Shown here: piece after piece, positions 28,708 to 38,161 of the stretch
Layout of the letters: each line of letters begins with the position of its first letter
Numbering within the stretch: position 1 is the stretch's first letter
Origin: Gemmatimonadales bacterium
GTDB lineage: Bacteria; Gemmatimonadota; Gemmatimonadetes; Gemmatimonadales; GWC2-71-9
Assembly (NCBI GenBank): GCA_036555275.1
Contig: DATBLR010000092.1
Location: forward strand, 242-64,241
Direction of reading: 5' to 3'
Length of the DNA stretch: 64,000 bases
Made by a program: the position numbers and the translations under genes
Notes under the pieces: model-generated
The model's database searches: none
Told to the model about the DNA's origin: nothing
What the model saw: the letters and a program-made list of their open reading frames with translations, nothing else

Positions 28708-29326
28708 AGCGATCCGCGCTGCTCCGCTCGCGCCAGGCGGCAAACCCGGCGGCGTCAGAGGGCTCGCCCGCGTACACGTGGCGGTACAGGGCCCGGACCA
28801 GGCTCCGGAATCCGTCGATCGATGGTTCGGTCAGCCTGGCCTCATAGGTGTATTCGTTAGGCGTCTTCCCCGGGTGATAGCGCAGGACGTTCTGCGCGTC
28901 GAGCTCCAGCACCAGTCCCAGAAAGTCGGCAGACATCGCCTCCGGATAGCGTCCGGCCGCCGCCAGCCGCACGGCCTCCCGCCGGTACCAGGCGGCCCCC
29001 CGTGTTTCCCGAGCCGGAGTGATGGCAGGAGCCTCGGGCGGCGCCCCCGCCGCGCGCAGGGTCTGCGCCACGACCCACAGCGCATGCACGAAGATGGCGA
29101 CCAGAACGAGCAGCAGGACGGAGAGGACCGTCCAGTAGAGGACCGGCGAGCGGTCGGCCAGTCCGTCGAGCCAGCGGGCCAGATCGAGCCACCAGCGCCG
29201 CACCTGGAGGAACGGGTCCGGCGGCGGTGCCCAGCGGTAGTTCGGCGAGGCGAAGACCGAATCCAGAACGGCCCTCAGCGAGTCGGACGAGGATCGGGCC
29301 GCGTGCACCAGGAGCACGTGGGTCAC
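28691..29326 (-). CDS. DUF4129 domain protein
   Basis: GTGA overlap start; TM, then A...A..GRY.EA, KTPNEY, YRHVYAG. Confidence 0.75.
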   Translation of the reverse strand: MTHVLLVHAARSSSDSLRAVLDSVFASPNYRWAPPPDPFLQVRRWWLDLARWLDGLADRSPVLYWTVLSVLLLVLVAIFVHALWVVAQTLRAAGAPPEAPAITPARETRGAAWYRREAVRLAAAGRYPEAMSADFLGLVLELDAQNVLRYHPGKTPNEYTYEARLTEPSIDGFRSLVRALYRHVYAGEPSDAAGFAAWRERSSADRYASTN

Positions 29327-30120
29327 GAGGCGAGGCTGCCGGCGAGGATCTCGAGGTCGAAGGCCTCCTTCCGGACCCGCAGATCGTAGTACGCCACCGT
29401 GAGAATGCAGTAGGTGAGCGGGGCGATGATCATGTTGGCCACCAGCTGCACCCCCTGCTGAAGCAGGGTCAGCCACGGCGCCGGGCTCCCGCCCGGCTCG
29501 ACCGCATCGAAGCCGTCGAATACCATCGACACCAGCACGTTGACGCCCAGCACTACCACCAGAGTGAGGACCACCGCCACCAGAAGAAGCAGGAACATCC
29601 GCCAGCGGAAACCCCTGGACAGACTCCAGGCGCGTCCCATCGCTGCGGTGGCGCTTTCCGGCGATTCCAGGACCACCACCTGGGTAGTGATGATCAGGCC
29701 GCACAGCAGGATGATGCCGGGGATGAGAATCATCAGGGTGCCCAGACCGACCACCAGCCCCACCAGGAGACCCGTCGCCACCAGCAAACCCAGGCGGCCC
29801 CAGGTCCGCTCGACCGCATCACCCGCCTTCAGGGTGCGACCCAGGTAGCCCTCCGCGATGACCAGCACGCTGGCACCCATCGCCAGCTGCGTGAGCACGA
29901 TGTACCCGACGAGGAAGACCAGTACGACCAGCAGCACCCCCAGCACGTTGCTGAGCAGGGTGGGCATCACCACGGCCGCCCCTGCACCGAAGAGCACCAC
30001 GGGCAGCCCCGTCAGGGCCACGGCGATGGTGATCAGCGTCGCGAGGTGACGACGGTAGATGGCAAACGCGACATCGAGAATCTCGCCAACGGACATGGGC
30101 CGAAGGGAGGGCTGCGCCAT
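29323..30120 (-). CDS. integral membrane protein (LRPM..GEILD family)
   Basis: LRPMSVGEILD.AF.IYR start, YYDLRVRKEAFDL end, multiple TMs. Confidence 0.8.
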   Translation of the reverse strand: MAQPSLRPMSVGEILDVAFAIYRRHLATLITIAVALTGLPVVLFGAGAAVVMPTLLSNVLGVLLVVLVFLVGYIVLTQLAMGASVLVIAEGYLGRTLKAGDAVERTWGRLGLLVATGLLVGLVVGLGTLMILIPGIILLCGLIITTQVVVLESPESATAAMGRAWSLSRGFRWRMFLLLLVAVVLTLVVVLGVNVLVSMVFDGFDAVEPGGSPAPWLTLLQQGVQLVANMIIAPLTYCILTVAYYDLRVRKEAFDLEILAGSLAS

Positions 30121-30244
30121 AAGGCCTCACCGGAAGCTGGTCGCGCGGAGATTGATGGCGGAAACCCGAAGAAGATGCCATTGGTCGCAGCGCTTGGGAA
30201 TGGTGCCCTCTGCCCTCGCCCGCGACGACGCCATACTATGAAGC

Positions 30245-32068
30245 ATGGGAGCGCCCACCACCCAGGACTTCCGCCAGCACCTTGAAGTCGAGACGCCCGA
30301 GCACGTCCTGCTCGACTACGAGATTGCGGGGGTCGGGTCGCGGGCGCTGGCGGCCATCGGCGACACCGCCGTGATCCTGCTCTGGCTGCTGGCGCTCGGC
30401 TACGTCGTCGACCAGCTGTTTCCGGTCGGCTCGCACTGGGAGTTCGTGGTCCTGAGCCTGACTTGGTTTCTGACGGCGTGGGGCTACTTCGCCTTCTTCG
30501 AAGGCCTGCGTGAGGGCCAGACTCCCGGCAAGCGGTGGATCGGCATCCGGGTGGTGCGGGACACCGGACACCCGGTCACCTTCGGCGCCGCCGCTACCCG
30601 CAATCTGCTGCGCGTCGCGGACTTCCTCCCCGCCTTCTACCTGCTGGGCGCCGTCCTGGTCGCGCTCCATCCCCGGGCGAAGCGCATCGGGGATCTGGTC
30701 GCCGGCACCGTGGTGGTCCGCGACCGCCCGACGGAACACCCTGCCCCGGAACGGCCCCAGCCGGAATCCCCCGAGCCGGACGGCGGCGGCGTGCCCGAGC
30801 TCTCTGACGAAGAGTTCCACCTGCTCCGGCAGTACGCCGAGCGGGCCGCCGACCTCACCGAGGAGGTCCGGGGACGCCTGGCCGAGCGGCTCACCGCGCG
30901 GCTTGCCGAACGGTATCCCAGCCGGCCAGCGGAGAGTGAGCTGTTCCTGGCCTCCCTGTACCGCGACGAGCTGGCCCGCCGCCGCGGGAGGTTCGGGTCC
31001 CGGAGCGCCCCGTCCGAGAGGCGCCGTGAAGCGGGCAGCGGGGTGGTCGAGCGTTTGGTCGCGCGGAAATCGGAGCGCTGGGACCAGTTCCACGCCCTGG
31101 CGGAGCGTGCCGCTCGACACGGCCTCGACAGCTTCCAGGCGGCCGAACTGCCGGACTACGCCGCCCGCTACCGCGAGGTCGCGGCCGATCTGGCCCGGGC
31201 CAGGACCTACCGGGCTCCGGCGTCAGTACGGACCCGTCTCGAGCGGCTGGTGGCGGCGGGGCATAACACCCTCTATCGCGATGAGCGGCACACTGGAAGG
31301 CAGATCTGGCAGTTTATCGCGCGGGAATGCCCGGCCGGGATCATCGAGGCACGGCGCACAGTCGGCTTTGCGTTTCTGGCCTTCGCGGTTCCTGCGCTCG
31401 CGGGATATCTGCTCCTGAAGGAGCGCCCTTCCCTGGCGCAGGAGGTGCTCCCCGCGGTCATGCTCGACCGTGCCGAGGCAGGCGTGGAGCGACAGCGCGA
31501 AGGGCGCGGCTATTTCGAGGCGCGCGCTGAAGACCGTCCGCTCATGGCGTCGGCCATCATGACCAACAACATCCAGGTCGCATTCAGCTGCTTCGCCGGG
31601 GGTATCTTCGCGGGTGTCGGCTCGCTGATCCTGCTGGGCTATAACGGCCTCTTCATGGGGGCCATCTCCGGCCACTTCGGGAATCTCGGCTTGCTGGCGT
31701 ACCTGTGGACCTTCGTAATCGGCCACGGCGTCCTGGAGCTGTTCGCCATCTGGGTGGCCGGGGCGGCGGGGTTTCTGCTCGGCAGGGCCCTGATCGCGCC
31801 CGGAGACCTCACCCGCACCGAGGCCCTGGTCCTCACCGGCCGCCTAGCGATGCGCATGATCGGCGCGGTGATCCTGCTGCTGGTCATCGCCGGCCTCATC
31901 GAGGGCTTTGTCTCCGCCAGCGACGAACCGCTGTTCTACCGCCTGGCCGTGAGCGGCGGAAGCGTGGTATTCCTCATGGTCTACCTGCTGAGCGGCTGGC
32001 GCTACTGGCGCTATCGGAAGGGGTCGGGGCCTGCTGCGGCGGCTTCGGCCGGGCCCGCGGCCGGCTGA
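30245..32068 (+). CDS. RDD domain - stage II sporulation protein M (SpoIIM/DUF95) fusion
   Basis: ETPE, GSRALA..D, GQTPGK, KRIGDLVAGT (RDD); NNIQVAF, HGVLELFAI, IEGFVS (SpoIIM). Confidence 0.88.
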   Translation: MGAPTTQDFRQHLEVETPEHVLLDYEIAGVGSRALAAIGDTAVILLWLLALGYVVDQLFPVGSHWEFVVLSLTWFLTAWGYFAFFEGLREGQTPGKRWIGIRVVRDTGHPVTFGAAATRNLLRVADFLPAFYLLGAVLVALHPRAKRIGDLVAGTVVVRDRPTEHPAPERPQPESPEPDGGGVPELSDEEFHLLRQYAERAADLTEEVRGRLAERLTARLAERYPSRPAESELFLASLYRDELARRRGRFGSRSAPSERRREAGSGVVERLVARKSERWDQFHALAERAARHGLDSFQAAELPDYAARYREVAADLARARTYRAPASVRTRLERLVAAGHNTLYRDERHTGRQIWQFIARECPAGIIEARRTVGFAFLAFAVPALAGYLLLKERPSLAQEVLPAVMLDRAEAGVERQREGRGYFEARAEDRPLMASAIMTNNIQVAFSCFAGGIFAGVGSLILLGYNGLFMGAISGHFGNLGLLAYLWTFVIGHGVLELFAIWVAGAAGFLLGRALIAPGDLTRTEALVLTGRLAMRMIGAVILLLVIAGLIEGFVSASDEPLFYRLAVSGGSVVFLMVYLLSGWRYWRYRKGSGPAAAASAGPAAG

Positions 32069-32076
32069 CCGGGCCG

Positions 32077-32262
32077 TCAGCTCTCCTTAAGGATCCCCCG
32101 CATACGGACGGCGAGCGCCTCGATTTCACGGAGGCTCGTCAGCGTCTCCGGGTCCAGCTTGGACTCGTTGAGCAGCAGCAGCTGGGTCTCCGCGAGCAGA
32201 GCGGAGAGCGGGTTGGAGAGGTCGTGGCGAAGTTTGTGAACGCGATCGCTCTCAGGTATCAC
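32077..32262 (-). CDS. stand-alone histidine kinase dimerization/phosphoacceptor (HisKA) micro-protein, 61 aa
   Basis: LRHDLSNPLSALL H-box followed by an amphipathic second helix. Confidence 0.72.
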   Translation of the reverse strand: MIPESDRVHKLRHDLSNPLSALLAETQLLLLNESKLDPETLTSLREIEALAVRMRGILKES

Positions 32263-32342
32263 GTGTTTGCCTGGAAAGGGAAGCTCCGGTCGGGTCCGGA
32301 GGCCGGTAATATAAGGTTCTACCGCCTGCAGAGGAGGGCTCG

Positions 32343-32807
32343 GTGTTCGCGCCGGACGAAGCCCGTGGCCGTTTTGTCATCTCCACAGATCCCGCTCGCC
32401 TGGACGTCTCGGCGGTGCATGCCTACCTGAGTCGCTCCTACTGGGCGGAAGGCATTCCGCGGGAGATCGTGGCTCGCGCCCTCGCCGGCTCCCTCTGCTT
32501 CGGGCTGTATCTGGACGACCGGCAGATCGGGCTGGCACGGGTCATCACCGACCGGGCGACCTACGCCTATTTCTGCGACGTGTACGTGGTCGACGAATTC
32601 CGGGGCCAGGGCCTCGGCCGGTGGCTGTTGGACTGTGTGATGCACCATCCGGACCTGCAGGGGCTCCGGCGTTTCTCGCTGGTGACCCGCGACGCCCACC
32701 GGCTGTATACGCCCCTGGGGTTCGCACCCCTCACGCAACCTGAACGCCACATGGAGATTGCCCGTCCGGGCTTGGATCTCGAGCAGGGACCGATCGCCGA
32801 GGCCTGA
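32343..32807 (+). CDS. GNAT N-acetyltransferase
   Basis: SD gaggagg; SYWA, QIGLARVITD, FRGQGLG, DAH.LY..LGF. Confidence 0.92.
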   Translation: MFAPDEARGRFVISTDPARLDVSAVHAYLSRSYWAEGIPREIVARALAGSLCFGLYLDDRQIGLARVITDRATYAYFCDVYVVDEFRGQGLGRWLLDCVMHHPDLQGLRRFSLVTRDAHRLYTPLGFAPLTQPERHMEIARPGLDLEQGPIAEA

Positions 32808-32914
32808 CCGACGGCCGGGCAAAAGCGCTGTGGTGGCCGGTCGATTCCGCTTCTCTCGCGGCGGGCTGGGTGACGGAAGGGGGCCATGAACGTCCCCGAA
32901 CACCCGGTTCGCCC

Positions 32915-32943
32915 TTGACGCTCGGTCGGAGTCGGCCTATTTT
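32915..32943 (+). promoter_or_regulatory. sigma70 promoter of the rho operon
   Basis: TTGACG-17 nt-TATTTT. Confidence 0.7.
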
Positions 32944-33138
32944 GCGACGCTAGCGGTACGTTTGCGACCTCCCCTGACCGTCCCTTCAGACACATAAGGC
33001 AATCGCAGGCTGGCTCTCCGGCCGATTGCTCAATTCCGACCCCGACTACATTTGCCCGCCCCAAACAAGGCTCGTCCGCCAGCAGACCGGCGGCCCACTC
33101 CCGAGCGGAGTGCGACGACTGAGCGGAGTACCACTCCC

Positions 33139-34386
33139 GTGGATATTGCCGAGCTCAAGCAGAAGTCAGTGGCCGAATTGCACGCGCTGGCCGAGCAACT
33201 GACCATTACCAACTACTCCGGCCTCCGCAAGCAGGATCTCATCTTCCGGATCGAGCAGACCCTGCTCGATCAGGATACGGTGATCCGCGGAGAGGGGGTC
33301 CTGGAGATCCTCCCGGAGGGCTACGGCTTCCTGCGGAGCCAGGACTGGAACTACCTCTACGGTCCCGACGATATCTACGTCTCGCCCTCGCAGATCAAGC
33401 GGTTTGACCTGCGCACCGGCGACACCGTCATGGGACAGGTCCGCCCCCCCAAGGAAGGGGAGCGGTATCTGGCGCTCCTCAAGGTGGAGAGCGTCAACTA
33501 CGAGGAGCCGGAGAAGACCAAGCATCGGATCGCCTTTGACAACCTGCGGCCCCGCTACCCCGATGAGCGGATCCGGCTGGAGCGCACCAATGGCGATCTG
33601 TCCATGCGGGTTGTGGACCTGCTCTCCCCCATCGGGAAGGGTCAGCGCGGGCTGATCGTCGCCCCGCCCAAGGCGGGCAAGACGATCCTGATGCAGAAGC
33701 TGGCCAATGCCATCAGTGAGAACCATCCGGATGTCGTGCTGATCGTACTGCTCATCGATGAGCGCCCGGAAGAGGTCACCGACATGCAGGAGAACGTCAA
33801 GGCGGAGGTGATTTCCTCCACCTTCGACGAGCCGGCGGACCGCCACGTACAGGTGGCGGACATGGTGATCGAGAAGGCCAAGCGACTGGTGGAACACGGT
33901 CGCGATGTGGTGATCCTGCTGGACTCGATCACCCGCCTCGCCCGCGCCCACAACGTGGTCGTCCCCCACTCCGGGAAGATTCTCTCCGGCGGCGTCGATG
34001 CCAACGCGCTGCAGAAGCCCAAGCGATTCTTCGGGGCGGCCCGCAACATCGAGGGCGGCGGGTCGCTCACGATCATCGCCACCGCGCTGATCGACACCGG
34101 GAGCCGCATGGACGAAGTGATCTTCGAGGAGTTCAAGGGCACCGGCAACATGGAGCTCGTCCTGGACCGGCGCCTGGCCGACCGCCGGATCTACCCGGCC
34201 ATCGACATCCAGCGCACCAGCACCCGCAAGGAAGAGCTGCTCATGGACAAGGACGAGCTCAACCGGGTGTACCTGCTCCGGAATTTCCTTGCCGACATGC
34301 CGCCGGTCGAGGCGCTGGAATTCCTCCTGGAACGCATGAAGCGCACCAAGACGAACAAGGAATTCTTCGCGACCATGGCCCAATAG
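33139..34386 (+). CDS. rho: transcription termination factor Rho
   Basis: [38 protein letters not shown] start with ggag SD (alternative TTG at 33052). Confidence 0.98.
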   Translation: MDIAELKQKSVAELHALAEQLTITNYSGLRKQDLIFRIEQTLLDQDTVIRGEGVLEILPEGYGFLRSQDWNYLYGPDDIYVSPSQIKRFDLRTGDTVMGQVRPPKEGERYLALLKVESVNYEEPEKTKHRIAFDNLRPRYPDERIRLERTNGDLSMRVVDLLSPIGKGQRGLIVAPPKAGKTILMQKLANAISENHPDVVLIVLLIDERPEEVTDMQENVKAEVISSTFDEPADRHVQVADMVIEKAKRLVEHGRDVVILLDSITRLARAHNVVVPHSGKILSGGVDANALQKPKRFFGAARNIEGGGSLTIIATALIDTGSRMDEVIFEEFKGTGNMELVLDRRLADRRIYPAIDIQRTSTRKEELLMDKDELNRVYLLRNFLADMPPVEALEFLLERMKRTKTNKEFFATMAQ

Positions 34387-34436
34387 GGGCTCCCGACCGG
34401 GACAGGGGCGCCCCTCCAAAGGCCATCGCCGCCACC

Positions 34437-34877
34437 ATGGCCATCCCGCACACCGGCCGCATCATCGCCATCGACTGGGGCGAGGTCCGACTGGGCCTCG
34501 CCCTTTCCGATGAAGGCCAGGTGCTCGCCAGCCCCCTGGATACCCTCCATCGCCGGGCCGGAAAACGCTTCCCCATGCCGGCGTTCCTGGATCACATCGC
34601 CCGGTACCAGCCGGTCGGTATCGTCGTAGGACTCCCCCTGACGCCTGAAGGTGACGAGGGGCCAAGCGCGCTGGCGTCAAGGGAACTCGCCGGTGTCGTG
34701 GCTGCACGAACCGGCCTCCCGGTCGAACTGGTGGATGAGCGAATGACTACCGCGCGAGCGCATCGGGAGATCCGCGCCGGGGGGGGATCGACCCGGAAGC
34801 GCCGGGAGCGGGTAGATGCGCTGGCGGCTGCGGTATTGCTGCAGGTATTCCTGGATCAGCGGAGGAATCAACGATGA
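34437..34877 (+). CDS. ruvX: pre-16S rRNA maturation nuclease YqgF / RuvX
   Basis: IAIDWGEVRLGLALSD, VVGLP, DERMTT, VDALAA. Confidence 0.93.
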   Translation: MAIPHTGRIIAIDWGEVRLGLALSDEGQVLASPLDTLHRRAGKRFPMPAFLDHIARYQPVGIVVGLPLTPEGDEGPSALASRELAGVVAARTGLPVELVDERMTTARAHREIRAGGGSTRKRRERVDALAAAVLLQVFLDQRRNQR

Positions 34878-35914
34878 TCAGGCAGGGGTACCGGGAACGG
34901 GGCACGGGGAACGGCGGCGGAAGGGCCCGTTCCCTGTTCCCCATTCCCCGTTCCCTGATCGCTTTGCTCCTCGCCTGCGCCTCGCCCGAGCCTGGCGGCG
35001 AGTTGGTCCGCGTCACGATCCCCCCCGGTTCCGGTTTCCGGGCCGTCACCGACACACTCGCAGCTCACGGGCTCACCGGATCGCGGCTCTGGTTCCGCGT
35101 GCTCGCCCGAGTTCGGGGCATCGACCGGGCCGTCAAGGCCGGAGTCTATGATCTGCCCGCCGGAGCGGGCGCTTGGGTGGTGCTGGATCAGTTGCAGCAA
35201 GGCAAAGTGGCGATGGCCCGGTTGACCGTGCCGGAGGGGCTTACCCTGGTCGAGCTGGCCAGCCTGGCAGACGCACGACTCGATATCCCGGCGGACAGCG
35301 TGCTCGCCCAGGCGCGCGATTCCGGCCGCCTGCGCCAGCTGGCTGTGGCGGCCCCAACCCTGGAAGGTTATCTGCTCCCGGAGACCTACAATCTCCCCCT
35401 TCCGGTGACCGCCGATGGCCTGGTGCAGGCCATGGCCGATGAGTTCACCCGCCGCTGGAATCCCGCCTGGGACCGCCGCCTGGATTCGCTGCACATGACG
35501 CGCGCCGAGCTGATCACGCTCGCCTCCATCGTTGAGGGCGAGGCCCGGCACGACGATGAGCGGGCGACAATCGCCGGCGTCTATACCAACCGCCTTCGGA
35601 GGGGCATGCTGCTGCAGGCCGACCCGACGGTTCAGTACGCCGTGCAGGTCGCCAGGGGAGAGCGCAAGCCGCGGCTGTTCTTCAAGGACCTGGAGATCGA
35701 TTCCCCCTATAACACCTACGTGCATGCCGGCCTGCCGCCGGGTCCGGTGAACTCACCCGGGCTCAAGAGCATCCAGGCGGCGCTGTACCCGACCGACGTT
35801 CCCTATCTGTATTTCGTCGCCGGGCCTGATGGGCATCACGTATTCAGCCGCACTCTCGCCGAGCACAACCACGCGATCATGCAGGTGCGGCGGCTCGCCG
35901 GCTCGGCGCCCTAG
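34874..35914 (+). CDS. mltG: endolytic transglycosylase MltG
   Basis: TVPEG, LEGYLLPETY, LASIVEGE, LQADPTVQY, SPYNTY..GLPPGP. Confidence 0.95.
   Translation: MIRQGYRERGTGNGGGRARSLFPIPRSLIALLLACASPEPGGELVRVTIPPGSGFRAVTDTLAAHGLTGSRLWFRVLARVRGIDRAVKAGVYDLPAGAGAWVVLDQLQQGKVAMARLTVPEGLTLVELASLADARLDIPADSVLAQARDSGRLRQLAVAAPTLEGYLLPETYNLPLPVTADGLVQAMADEFTRRWNPAWDRRLDSLHMTRAELITLASIVEGEARHDDERATIAGVYTNRLRRGMLLQADPTVQYAVQVARGERKPRLFFKDLEIDSPYNTYVHAGLPPGPVNSPGLKSIQAALYPTDVPYLYFVAGPDGHHVFSRTLAEHNHAIMQVRRLAGSAP
34876..34960. repeat. inverted heptamer element (GGGAACG / CGTTCCC) inside the mltG 5' end
   Basis: gggtacc gggaacg gggcacg gggaacg ... cgttccc tgttccc cattccc cgttccc. Confidence 0.85.
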
Positions 35915-35923
35915 GGGCGGGCC

Positions 35924-36541
35924 TCACCCCAGCGCCTCGGCGTACCGCTTCGCCGCAGCCTCGACATCCTGCTCCCCGAGGATACCCGATACCACCGCAA
36001 CCCCTGCCCCGCCGGCCCTGAGCACGGCCGGTATGTCCTCGGGACGCACCCCCCCGATCGCGAGGCATGGCCGTCCCGCGGCGAGAGCCGCGAGCCGGCG
36101 GAACCCGGCTTCCCCCAGCGCGTCCCCAGCCTCACGCTTGGTGCCGGTGACCCGCCATGGGCCAATCCCCCAGTAGTCCGCGCCCTGCATCACCTCCGCC
36201 TCCGCCGGGCTGCCTACCGAGCCGCCGATCACGGTCCCTGGGCGGAGAATGCCGCGGGCCAGATCGACCGGGAGGTCCTCCGCCCCAAGGTGCACGCCGC
36301 ACCTCGCGGCGGCCGCGACGTCCGGTCGGTCGTTCACCAGCACCGGGACTGGGAGCACCTCGGTCAGCCGCCGCGCCAGCATCAGGAGGTCACGGGCCGG
36401 CGCGTGCTTGAGACGCAGTTGTAGCGCGGTGACGCCACCCAGGACCGCGCGACGGGCGAGGTCCACGACGTCCCGCCCCGCCAGCAAACGGTCGTCGGTG
36501 ACCAGCATCAGGCGAAGGTGTTGCGCTAGATTATCGGCCAT
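35924..36541 (-). CDS. thiE: thiamine phosphate synthase
   Basis: LMLVTD, LQLRLK, VNDRPD, GVHLG..D, AIGG, VAVVSGI. Confidence 0.92.
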   Translation of the reverse strand: MADNLAQHLRLMLVTDDRLLAGRDVVDLARRAVLGGVTALQLRLKHAPARDLLMLARRLTEVLPVPVLVNDRPDVAAAARCGVHLGAEDLPVDLARGILRPGTVIGGSVGSPAEAEVMQGADYWGIGPWRVTGTKREAGDALGEAGFRRLAALAAGRPCLAIGGVRPEDIPAVLRAGGAGVAVVSGILGEQDVEAAAKRYAEALG

Positions 36542-36929
36542 GAACGATCCCAATCCGCTCCGGCTTCAGGGAATCCGCGGGGCCACGACGGTGGAAGCCA
36601 ACGACGCGCTGCAGATTCTGGAGGCCACCGACGAGCTGCTCCGCCGGCTGATCGAGGCGAACGACCTCACCCCGGACGATGTGGTGAGCGGTCTGTTCAC
36701 CATGACCAGTGACCTCAACGCCGCATTCCCTGCCCGGGCCGCCGAAATCTACGGCTGGAATATTGTCGCCCTGCTGCATTCGACCGAGATCCCCGTCCCC
36801 GGTTCCCTGCCGCGCTGTATCCGGCTCCTGGTGCATGCCTACACCCGCCGCACCCGCGAAGAAGTTCGCCACGTCTACCTGCGCGGGGCGACCGTGCTCA
36901 GGCCGGACCGGGCAGAAGGGACTGGATGA
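36540..36929 (+). CDS. aroH: chorismate mutase AroH type
   Basis: GIRGATTV, DLNAAFPARAA, SLPRCIR, HVYLRGA.VLRPD. Confidence 0.92.
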   Translation: MNDPNPLRLQGIRGATTVEANDALQILEATDELLRRLIEANDLTPDDVVSGLFTMTSDLNAAFPARAAEIYGWNIVALLHSTEIPVPGSLPRCIRLLVHAYTRRTREEVRHVYLRGATVLRPDRAEGTG

Positions 36930-37002
36930 CGGCAGAACGGAGGACGGCCGGCTCCCTACCAGCTCACCGTCTTACCGTCATGCCGTCCCTCCGACCTATG
37001 AC
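36926..37002. repeat. inverted 8-nt-period element (GACGG / CCGTC) bounded by ATGAC direct repeats
   Basis: gacggcag aacggag gacggccg ... accgtctt accgtcat gccgtccc tccgacct; atgac at 36926 and 36998. Confidence 0.7.
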
Positions 37003-38161
37003 CCTGCCCTCAGCAAAGGTCTCGGACAAAGGAGCCGATCGGTGGGCCGGAGGCCATCCCTGGATCTTCCGGAGCGACCTGCTGCTCGAACCCGAAGCCG
37101 CGGGTCTCTGCCGGGTGCTGGATCGACGGGGCAAACGGCTCGGCATCGCCCTCTACTCGCCCCGATCTGAAATCCGGCTGCGACTCCTCTCCCGCCAGGA
37201 CCACCCGATCAACGCCGCCTGGTGGCGGGAGCAGTTGGGACGCTGCCTGGCCCGCCGACAGGGCATCGATGCCTCGGCGTACCGACTGGTGCACGGGGAG
37301 GGAGACGGGATTCCCTCGCTCATCGTGGATCGCTACGATCGGTATCTGGTGCTTCAGCTGCTGTCCGCCGGCCTGGAGACCCTCCGCGCCCAGATCCTCG
37401 AGGCCCTGGTGGAGCTGGTTGCTCCCGAGGGGATCCTCCTCCGTAATGATTCGGGCGCGCGCCGACATGAAGGCCTGCCGGAAACCGTCGAGCTGGCGTT
37501 GGGAGAGGTGCCCGCCGAGGTGGAAGTCCGCGAGGGATCGATCCGCTACCGCGCGGCACCGTGGACGGGACAGAAGACCGGTGCCTTTCTCGACCAGCGC
37601 CCCAATCGTATCCTCGCCGGCACCCTGATGCAGCCTGGCGGCAGCGCTCTCGATTGCTTCGCCTATCATGGAGCCTTCGCCCTGCATTTGGCCGCGCGCG
37701 CTCGCCAGGTGGTCGCGCTGGACCTGAGCGCGGACGCGCTGGCGCGCGGGCGGGCGAACGCGGCCCTGAACGGGGTCGGCAACGTGGATTGGCTCGAGGC
37801 GGATGCGTTCGAAGCCCTGCGCCGGTTCGAGCGGGAACACCGCCGCTTCGATCTGATCGTGGTGGACCCACCAGCGTTCGCCAAGACCAGGAGCGCCGTG
37901 CCGCGGGCGCTCCGCGGCTACAAGGAGGTCAACCTTCGCGCCATGCGACTGCTCGCTGAAGCCGGCATTCTGATCACCGCCTCCTGTTCCCACCACGTCC
38001 GCCGGGACACCTTCCTCGAGGTGCTCACCGACGCTGCGGCCGACAGCGGCCGGCGCCTGGTGTTGACCCGCCTGCTGGGAGCGGGGGAGGACCACCCGGA
38101 AGTACTGACGATTCCCGAAACCGGTTATCTCAAGGGTGCTGTCCTCCGTTATGACGGCTAG
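36998..38161 (+). CDS. class I SAM-dependent rRNA methyltransferase (RlmI-like)
   Basis: GHPWIF PUA domain, GQKTG.FLDQR, DPPAF, YLK; alternative in-frame ATG at 36926. Confidence 0.9.
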   Translation: MTLPSAKVSDKGADRWAGGHPWIFRSDLLLEPEAAGLCRVLDRRGKRLGIALYSPRSEIRLRLLSRQDHPINAAWWREQLGRCLARRQGIDASAYRLVHGEGDGIPSLIVDRYDRYLVLQLLSAGLETLRAQILEALVELVAPEGILLRNDSGARRHEGLPETVELALGEVPAEVEVREGSIRYRAAPWTGQKTGAFLDQRPNRILAGTLMQPGGSALDCFAYHGAFALHLAARARQVVALDLSADALARGRANAALNGVGNVDWLEADAFEALRRFEREHRRFDLIVVDPPAFAKTRSAVPRALRGYKEVNLRAMRLLAEAGILITASCSHHVRRDTFLEVLTDAAADSGRRLVLTRLLGAGEDHPEVLTIPETGYLKGAVLRYDG

